Assembly (NCBI GenBank): GCA_030264375.1
Contig: JASCQW010000122.1
Location: 33,997,969 to 34,061,968, forward strand
Reading direction: 5' to 3'
Length of the DNA stretch: 64,000 bases
Source of the DNA: Carcharhinus longimanus
Taxonomy: Eukaryota
The notes beneath the pieces were generated by a model. That model was given only the letters and a program-made list of their open reading frames with translations, made no database searches and had not been told where the DNA came from. Shown here piece by piece: positions 55,423-64,000 of the stretch. The position numbers and the translations under genes were made by a program. The stretch's first letter is position 1. Every line of letters begins with the position of its first letter.

Positions 55423-58237
55423 GAGGTTCTGGGAAGGAGATATGTCCGTGAGAGCATAGCAGGCTGTCCAGAAACACAGCCAAAAGGCAGTGCGAGCAGA
55501 GAGCCATACACATCAATGTGACGATTCAAGCCCTGAGGTGCTGGATACAGTACCACAATATTTTTGATGACCTTAAGAGCAATCAATGAATGCATCTTAA
55601 AATGTCATATTCTACCAACAGCATTACATTGCTTGGAAACTGCTGTAAACATCACATTCCCACCCCTCATTTATCAATAATCTCTGTCACTCAGTGCTCA
55701 TACTTAACACTAAGATTCTTCATCTCATCCTTAAACACTTAACACTTCAGCAAGGCTCATGCCCTTCTAGTTCGCACATCCTGCCAGCTATCCATCCAGG
55801 ATGGCTAATTCAGCTAAATAGACTGCACCACACTCACTGGCACAATTACCTCTCTTTTGCAGGGCGAGGTAGCACACTACTAGTGGGTACAGGATGACAA
55901 GTACACCTGTATTTCCTAACCCCTTTGGAGAAGATGGTGATAGGCATTATTGGCACTTCTATTCCTGAGATTGTGCCCAATGACTAGGCTGAAGGTGTCA
56001 CTACCCTCATACCTAATTCTCCTCCTCATATCACACTTCCCCCACACTTCAGACTCTCTTTTGATTTACCAGCTGCAGATGGTATAAACATGCATATTTT
56101 ACATTCCCCTCACTCCTCATGGCCACAACCCTATGCTTGGCTTTTCTCCCACCAAATACACAAAACGTGCAAACTAGCCAGACAATGGAGAAAAACCAAG
56201 AAGACTGTAATGATGAAGAAAAGGCACCCTTGTTAGATTTCACACTCACAGCCACCAACTCAAATACTTCTCTTAAAGGATGGATTAGATGTGAAGGCTC
56301 CCTGTGGTTAAGACATTGGGCACAATCTCAGGAATAGAAGCTCCCAAGTCAGGCGGCAAGGTTAGTGCAGGTGACAGTTCCCCAGAAGACAAGGTTGCAG
56401 AGGACTTTGATGGGGAGGCCTACAGAAAAATACATTGGCTACCCGCAGTGAAATATCTGGTGCTTTGGGAAGTCTGATCAAAAGTCTGCTGACAACATCA
56501 AGAAGCATGGAGGGGTAAACACCAATTTGGCACAGGGTTTATGCCAAATTGGAACCCATCCTCTGCGGCAAGAAAGTGGTGGCTAACTCCATTAGCACAA
56601 TTGCGGACACAGCCATGGCGCAGGGTCTGATGGCTAATGTTGCAGCTTCCATTGCAACATAAGCAACAGCCACCCAATGTCCGACTGTTGCAATGAAAGG
56701 TCGGACTGAGATCATACCAGCTGAGATTGTTGGCATCATGGTTGTCAATGATAGTGTGCAGTGAGGATTACAGAGTGTCACAGCAGTTCTGTAATCTGTC
56801 CTCCAGCTGATTACTGAGATTGCTGAGGTCCAGCCTTGGGAACGCAGCAGTGCCTCTGTGGAATGCAAACTTACTGTCCTCTTTCAGGAATGCAGCACTC
56901 ATCTTCCCACCACCACCAGTCCACTTGCACCCTTAGTGTTGCTCGATAACCAGCCCCGACCGCGGCCACCCATGTAAAGAAATTGCAGCTCGCTGCCGGG
57001 TGTCTCTAACACAGTGCTGCTTCTGTTTTTTTCCAAGACCACCTGCATCCTCCTTCACTGAAAGTCGGCAACCATGCTGCAATCATGAGGAAAATATTGG
57101 GCAGGAGCAAGGCACACAGCTGGGAGACATTAAGGGAAGGCTCGAGGCTGATTAGTTGACTTCTGTATGAAATATGGTATTATTTCAATCCTAAATTTTA
57201 TTTAGAATGTTTATTTTTGTTCACTTTTATTTATGAACTATGGCCCAGATGGTCAATGACAGGGGGGAAAGTTGTGGGGTTATTAGTGAAAGGAGAATTG
57301 GATTGTATTTACTAGAATTACAGTCAGGGAATTGGGGTTGCAACTGATGCACCATGTCTGCAATACTATCAAAGCTTCATGCTCACTCTACCTTGCTTCT
57401 GTTTGACAAGGGAGAATGAATGTTAGCTCTCTTTGAATAGAGGATGTCCTTTAAGCTACAATATATGGCAAACTGCAAGATCTTTCAAATATCTCCAGTT
57501 CCAGTCCAAAGGAACCAAGTACACAAAACATGCAGACTGTTCGCCAATACCAGACCATAGCATTCTGGGGGTGATCGAAACTAGCTGAGATAGGGACCTC
57601 GGCCTATCTGTCAGCTGGCAGCACCAGCAGTTCCAGCAGTGCCAGAGCTCAATAGTGGACACTACCAACACTGCAGGAAGGAACATGAAGGAAAATGGTG
57701 GCTGCTATAGAAAGGTAAACCCTGTGTTGAGGATGAACAGGGGCCCAAGAACCCAGAGCAAGGGAATTGGGGAGCAAGGTTTTGGAGGGCAGGTGGCGGG
57801 AAAGGAAGGGGTCAGGTTAATATCTTGGAGAACTCCCCCAAATTCGATGCACCCTTTCCTTTCCCACCATATTTCATCTTGGCCACAAAGAATCGCCCAC
57901 CCACTGCTTGGTCACGCAACCATATTATGGCACGGACAACGTATTATGCCAGTCAATAATCCTGCTAAGAAACCTAATTGACCTTTAATTATTCATTTAA
58001 ATATGGCAGGCGAGCTGCCAATTTCAGCACCTGCCCCACCGAACATATCATGGGGTTCAGCTCAGAGGTGGGCAGGAAGCTGGTGGGCTAGCCACCCAAT
58101 ATATTTTATGTGCCCCCCCCCCCATTGTTGAAATCATACTTGGCCAGTGGGTGGGTGGGGGGGGGGGGGGGGGTGAATGATAAAATCTACTCCCATGTCT
58201 GGGAGCAACTGACTGTGCAGCAACCTTTAAGTCAGCA

Positions 58238-58805
58238 AGGACTTAGGAGCAGGAATAGGCCATTTGGACCCTCAAACCTTCTCTAAACTGTTCTTAATGC
58301 AATTATAATCTTTTTCAAATCAAGAGACCAAACATCTGCACAATGCTCCTGATCTCACCAAGGCCTTGTACAGTTGCTTTTACGTTCAATTCCCCTTGCA
58401 ATAAACAACAACATTCCATTTGCCTTCCTAATCACTTGTATCACATACTAACTTTTTGTGATTCACGCATCAGGACACCTGGACCCCTCTGTACCACAGC
58501 ATTCTGAAAACTCCCCCTGTTAAATAGTATACTGTTATTCTGTTCTTCCTGCCAAATGGACAAGTTTACATTTTGTCATTTTAAATTCCATCTGCCAAAT
58601 GTTTGCCCACTCACTTTAATCTATCTATATCCCTTTGTAGACTCTTTACCTCCTCTTGACAACTTATTTTCCTATCTACCTTGGTGTAATCTTCAAATTT
58701 AGCTATGATTCAATCTTCTTATCCAAGTTGTTGATATAGATTGTAAGTAGTTGTGGCCCCAACACCGATTCCAATGGCACTCCACTCATTATAGCTTGCC
58801 AACCC
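58238..58805 (-). mobile_element. CR1 LINE 3'/RT C-terminal fragments
   Basis: Tail ttaggagcaggaataggccatt; reverse complement of the YINNLD..KFEDYTKV and WADGI-type RT region. Confidence 0.75.
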
Positions 58806-58809
58806 TTGT

Positions 58810-60944
58810 TCCCTTTTTATTCATTCAAGAGATGTGGTCTTTATTGGCTAGGCCAGCATTTACTGCCCATCCTTAATTGCCTTTGAGAAGATGCTGGTGA
58901 GTTGCTTTATTGAACCACTGCAGTCCATGTCATGTAGATACACCACCCACAGTGCTGTGAGGGAGGGAGTTCCAGGATTTGGACCCAATAACAGTGAAGG
59001 AATAATATTTCCAAGTTGGGAAGGTGACTGGCTTGAAGAGGAACTTCCAGATGGTGGTGTCTCTACGCTGTCCTTCTGGATGACAGTGGTCGTGGGTTTG
59101 GAAGATACTAAGGAGCCTTAGTGAGTTCCTGCAGTGCATCTTGTAGATGGTACTCATTGCTGCTATTGTGTGTTGGTGGTGGACGGATTGAACGTTTGTG
59201 GGTGGGGTACCAATTAAGTGGGCTGCTTTGACCTGGATCGTGTCAAACACTCATTGAGCCATGTGGAGAGTATTTCATCACACACCTGACTTCTTGTGCC
59301 TTGTAGGTGTGAACAGGCTTTGGGGAGTCAGGGGGTGAATTACTCACTGCAGGATTCCTAGCCTTGACTTGCTCTTGTAATCACAATATTTACTTGGCTA
59401 GTCCAGTTAAGTTTCTGGTCAATGATAACTCTCAGGATGGCAATAGTGGGGGATTCAGTAATGCTAATGCAATTGAACTGCAATGGTTAAATTATATTTT
59501 ACTGGAGTTGGTCATTGTCTGGCACTTATGTGGCATGAATGTCACGTGCCACTTGTCAGCCCAAGGCTGAATATTCTCCAGGTTTTACTGCATTTGGACA
59601 TGGACTGCTTCAGTATCTAAAGTGTCACGAATGGTGACAATTGTACAATCATCAGTGAACATCCCCATTTCTGACTTTATGATGGAAGGAAGGTCATTGT
59701 TGAAGCAGCTGAAGATGCTTGAACCTAAAGATCCCCTGGCTCGGTGATAATGGTATAATAAGTGCTGCGCCAGGCCATGAGATTACAAGTTGTGGTTGTA
59801 TACAATTCTGTTGCTGATGGTCCACAGCACCTCATGAATGCCCAGTCTTAAGCTGTTAGAAGTGTTCAAAATTTATCCCATTCAGCACAGTGTTAGGGCC
59901 ACACAACATGATGTAGGGCATCCTCAATGTGAAGACATGACTTCACCTCCAGAAGCACTGTGAAGCGATCACTGCTCCCGATACTATTATGGAGAGATGC
60001 GTCTGCGGTAGGCAGGTTGGTGAAGATGAGGTCAAGTATGTTTTTCCTCCTTATTAGTTCCCTCACCAGCTGCAGACCCTGTCTAGCAGCTATGTCCTTT
60101 AGGACTCGACCAGCTCAGTCAGTCGATGCTACTGAGCCAGTATTGGTGATAGATGTTGAGATCCCCCACCTAGTGTGTGACCCTCAGCTTCCTCCAAGCT
60201 GTGTTCAACAAGGAGGAGTACTGACTCATCAGCACAGAAGGGTTGGTAAGTGGTAATCAGCAAGAGATTTCCTTGCCCATGTTTGACCTGATGTCATGAG
60301 ACTTCATGGAGTCTGGGGTCAATGTTGAGGACAACTCCATCCAGGCTGTATACCACTGTACCACCATCTCTGGTGGGTCTATCCTGCCGGTGAGACAGGA
60401 CACATCCATGGGTAGTGATGGTGATGCCAGAGACATTATCTGTAAGATATGATGCCATGAGTATGGCTATGCCAGTTTGTGAGCTCCTCCAATTTTGGCA
60501 TAACCAAAATTGTTTGGAAGGGGGACATCACAGGGTTGATAGTGCTGAGTGTGCCACTGTCACTTCTGGTGCCAAAGTCGATGCCAGGTGGTCTGTCCAG
60601 TGTCAGTCCTTTGAGACTTACTAGCAGTTTTATACAACTGGATGGCTTGCTTGGCCATTTCAGAGGTCAGCAAAGAGTCAAACACATTGTTGTGGATCTG
60701 GAGTCACACAAAGGTCAAACCAGGTAAGGATGGCAGATCTTTTCCTAAAAGGCATTAATGAAACAGATGAATTTTCACAACAAGCAACAATGGTTTAATG
60801 TTTTCATTAGACTTTCAACTCTAGATGTGTTATTGAATTCAAATTCCTTCACCTGGCATGATGGGATTTGAATTTGAGTCCCCCGGCATTTGGGCGTCTG
60901 GATTATTAGTCCAGTAGCAATACCGCTTAACAACCACCTCTCCA
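58810..60944 (-). mobile_element. Internally deleted LINE (CR1/L2 group) bearing a tRNA-SINE head
   Basis: ORF 58930..59250 (DTIQVKAAHLIG..SVHHQHTIAAMSTIYKMHC) resembles a LINE ORF2 C-terminus. The 5' ~300 bp and 3' ~70 bp match the SINE at 49778-50135. Confidence 0.8.
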
Positions 60945-61284
60945 GCTCCAACCAATCCTCTATCCTGCAATGCCCGTTAGGCTTTTGCAAGTGGAACAGC
61001 TATACAAAGCTCCAAACATTTATAGAACCTTAGTAACAGCTGGAAGAAAGCAATAGCAACCACCCTTGTCATTGATGCTCCTATGAATAGTCCTATTTGA
61101 TGGGTCTATCCTGTTATTGAAAGTGTGAGGTTAAGAGAAATCATGGTGGAAGCTTGTGCTCCAAAATAATACTGTTGGTATCAAATGGGTGTTGTGTCAG
61201 TGCCCAACTATTCACCTTTGACCTTCCGCCCATCACAACATTTCTGCAGCCGCTCATTTACTGAATCATATCCTCACCTCCATC

Positions 61285-61429
61285 TTGTATACAATTCTGC
61301 AGCTGATGGTCCACAGCACCTCATGGACGCCCAGTCTTCAGTTGTTAGAAGTGTTCAAAATTTATCCCATTCAGCACAATGTTAGGGCCACACAACATGA
61401 TGTAGGGCATCCTCAATGTGAAGACATGA
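61285..61429 (+). repeat. 145-bp direct duplicate of 59796-59940
   Basis: 138/145 identical, ungapped, offset 1489. Confidence 0.95.
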
Positions 61430-61556
61430 GAATAGAGGGATATGGTCTGAATAAGGGCAGGAGGTTTTTTTTAATTAGAGCATCATGATCAGCACGGGCT
61501 TGGACGGCCATAGGGCCTGTTCCTGTGTTGTGTTTTTCTTTGGTCTTTGTTTTTGT
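61430..61556 (+). mobile_element. 5'-truncated CR1 3' tail
   Basis: aatagagggatatgg...cagcacgggcttggacggccatagggcctgttcctgtgttgtg followed by a T-rich short-repeat end; same family as 62261-62565. Confidence 0.8.
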
Positions 61557-62260
61557 TGATTTTCGAGCCCCCAGTAAAATTATTACTCTTCTCTCACACT
61601 GGATGTTTTCTCCGGTATGGCCTTATTTCCAATCACTCAAGTCCAAGGGAAGCAAACTTGAAAGGAAATGCGCAGAACTGGTTCAGCCATCTACCACCAG
61701 ATTTGGCTGGACCATTGTAAAACATTATCTGGTCCAGCTCTCATCTTCTAAAATCGTTCAGTATTCCTGGATTATCCTGGAATGCAAAGATAACCCCCTC
61801 CCCCACCCGCTTCCTTTATCGCAAACCACCCTGTTAAATCCTTCTCCCCTGTATCCTCCACCCTCACTTCTAATAATAAACGTGAGAACCTCATGGACTT
61901 ATTTTTCGCCTAGGTCAAGACAATCTAATCAGCAGCCTCTGCCTCATTCCTTATTCTCAATAATCCAAAATACCTTAAATGCTGAACTCGCCCTGAACTT
62001 GCATCTTTACTGCTGATCATCCAACTTCCCCCAACCCGACCCCTTTGTAAATAGTTCTTGCTATTCTGGTGTCATCCCTCGCTCCTTTAAATTTATCAAT
62101 AACATCCCTGCTCCAAAAATCAATCCTTGACCCTCACAATGCATATAAGCTACCATCCATTTCCAATCTCACTTTTCTCTCCAAACTCCTCGAGTGTGTT
62201 GTTGCCTCCCAAATCCATTCCCATCTTTTCCAGAGCTCCCCCAGTTCGAATCCCCCAGTT

Positions 62261-62565
62261 AGTACAAAGAACAGTACAGCACAGGAACAAATCCTTTGGC
62301 CCTCTAAGCCCGTGCTGATCATAATGCCCTTACTAAATTACTAATAAAAACCTGCTGCCCTTACTGGGAACATATCCCTTTATCCTCTTCCTATTTATAT
62401 GCCCATCCAGATGCCTCTTAAATGTTGCTAAAGTACCTGCTTCCACCACCTCCTCTGGCAACGCATTCCACGCACCCACCACACTCTGCATAAAAGACTT
62501 CCCCCACAAATCTCCCTTAAACTTTCCCCCTCTCACCTTGAACCTGTGCCCCCTTGTAATTGACT
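62261..62565 (-). mobile_element. CR1 LINE 3' fragment
   Basis: ORF 62333..62641 contains TRGHRFKVRGGKFKGDLWGKSFMQSVVGAWNALPEEVVEAGTLATFKRHLD, a canonical CR1 ORF2 C-terminus. Confidence 0.9.
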
Positions 62566-64000
62566 TAGCTTTCCACCCACGCCATAGTACCAAAACACCT
62601 GGTAGCAAAGACACAAATGGCATCCTGTGTGTCTGTGACAAAGACGAGTTTTCCCTCTTAGTCTTTCTCCATCTGCCCGCAGCCTTTCACATGCTTGACC
62701 ACACCATCATCCTCCAATAGCCTGCCAGTGTTGTCCAGCTGGATGGGACTTCTGTCACCCACCTGATTCTGTTCTTTTCTAACAGTAACCAGAGTATCGA
62801 TTGCAATGGGTTTTTCTTCCCACTCCCACACCATTCCTTTAGTATTCCCCATGGGTCCATCCTTGACTCCCTCTTACTTCTCATCTGCATTGCTGTTCTG
62901 TGATAAAGTATTAGTTTTCACCTATATGCTAACGATACCCACTCTACTCCACCATCACCATCTTTCTCGACTCACTGTTGCTGAATGACCAGACTGCTTA
63001 TGCGACATCCAGTACTAGATAAGCAGAAATTTCCTCCAATTAAATATTGGGAGGACTCAAACAATTGTTTTCACTCCCTACACATCAAACTTGACCCCCG
63101 AGCTCCAGACAACAGTTTGAGATGAAATCAATCTGTTCATAACCTTGGCATCATATTTGATCCCAAAATGAGCTTTGACCTGATATTCATGCCATCACCA
63201 AGACTGTCTTTTTCCACCTCTATCACACTGCCTGACTTCACCCCTGTCTCACTTTAACTGCTGCTGGAACCTTCATCCATGCCTCTAGACTCAACTCTTC
63301 AAATCACTTCTAGCTAGTCTTCCACACTCTACTGAGTAGGCGGAGCTGGATTGAAGGGCCAAACGACCTACTCCTGCTTCTATTTTCCGCATACAAGATC
63401 ACCCAAATCCCTCTGGACCACAACAATCTGCTGTCTCTCTAACATTGTGGATGTTGATTGAGGGCAGGATCGAATTCAACCTATGAAACTCTCCATGGTC
63501 AAACACCCTGGTGGCACTCACTGCTTTTTGATTCTTCTCGCAAAGTAGATATTCCAACTGCCAAATCTTTTCCCACTCATGTAACCTGTCCATATCCCTT
63601 TGCAGGCTCTTTGTGTCCTCCTCACAAATTGCTTGTCTACCTATTTTTGTATCATTTACACATTTGGCTACAATGCATTCAGCCACTTCAAGCTGGTAAT
63701 TAATACAAATTGATCATCCAAAATTCTGTTAACTGTGTATTAACCCGCACCGTCCCATTCTCCTATCACCTCTGTGCTCGTTGACCTATGCTGGCTCCCA
63801 GTCAAGCAATATCTTGATTTTAAAATTTTCATTCTTGTTTTCAATAGCCTCACTCCTTCCTATCTCTATAACCTCCTGCAGCTACACAATCCTCTGAGAT
63901 ATCAACACTCATTTAACTCTCATTGCTCTATCATCAGTAACCATGCCTTTGGTTGCCTTGGCTCTAAGCTCTGGAATACTCCAGTGAACCTATCTCATTT

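Larger units (their letters stand above)
49424..58194. mobile_element. Second decayed Harbinger element (Myb/SANT-like ORF relic on plus, transposase relic on minus) split by SINE and CR1 insertions
   Basis: 49610-49720 matches 31255-31350 and 57378-57445 matches 33882-33952. Region 55480-55580 translates to a decayed Myb/SANT-like helix (..ALRCWIQYHNIFDDL). Confidence 0.65.
61190..64000 (+). mobile_element. Decayed L2-clade LINE with nested CR1 fragments (62261-62565 minus; 63335-63700)
   Basis: RT relics PSISNLTFLSKLLECVVASQI, LLVFLHLPAAFHMLDHTIIL (LDLSAAFDTVDH motif), PHGSIL and YANDT; L2-type 3' region at the window end. Confidence 0.8.

Overview
This is AT-rich eukaryotic genomic DNA from a cartilaginous fish; the HE1-type SINEs and CR1, L2, Penelope and Harbinger repeats point to a shark. 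The window lies inside one minus-strand gene, an early B-cell factor (COE/EBF) transcription factor, best assigned as ebf3. Six coding exons are present, equivalent to vertebrate exons 7-12: 35385-35466, 27028-27172, 20058-20188, 19467-19593, 8023-8111 and 2309-2374. All have GT-AG borders and compatible phases, and they encode the end of the COE DNA-binding domain, the IPT/TIG domain and the start of the HLH. Everything above 35467 is part of a long upstream intron. About 49.4-64 kb is an almost continuous stack of nested, decayed transposons, while other intronic stretches are repeat-poor and resemble conserved non-coding elements. I see no convincing new multi-gene system. The most unusual signals are: (i) a 50-bp copy of the ebf3 exon-7 3' half plus its splice donor, sitting at the 5' end of a SINE inside a Harbinger transposase, which forms a candidate poison exon; (ii) a second local 145-bp copy fused to a retroelement 5' end; (iii) a 2.1-kb LINE derivative carrying a tRNA-SINE head; (iv) decayed hammerhead-ribozyme motifs in Penelope-derived repeats. 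Repeat family names come from recognition by eye, not from database searches, and repeat boundaries are approximate.
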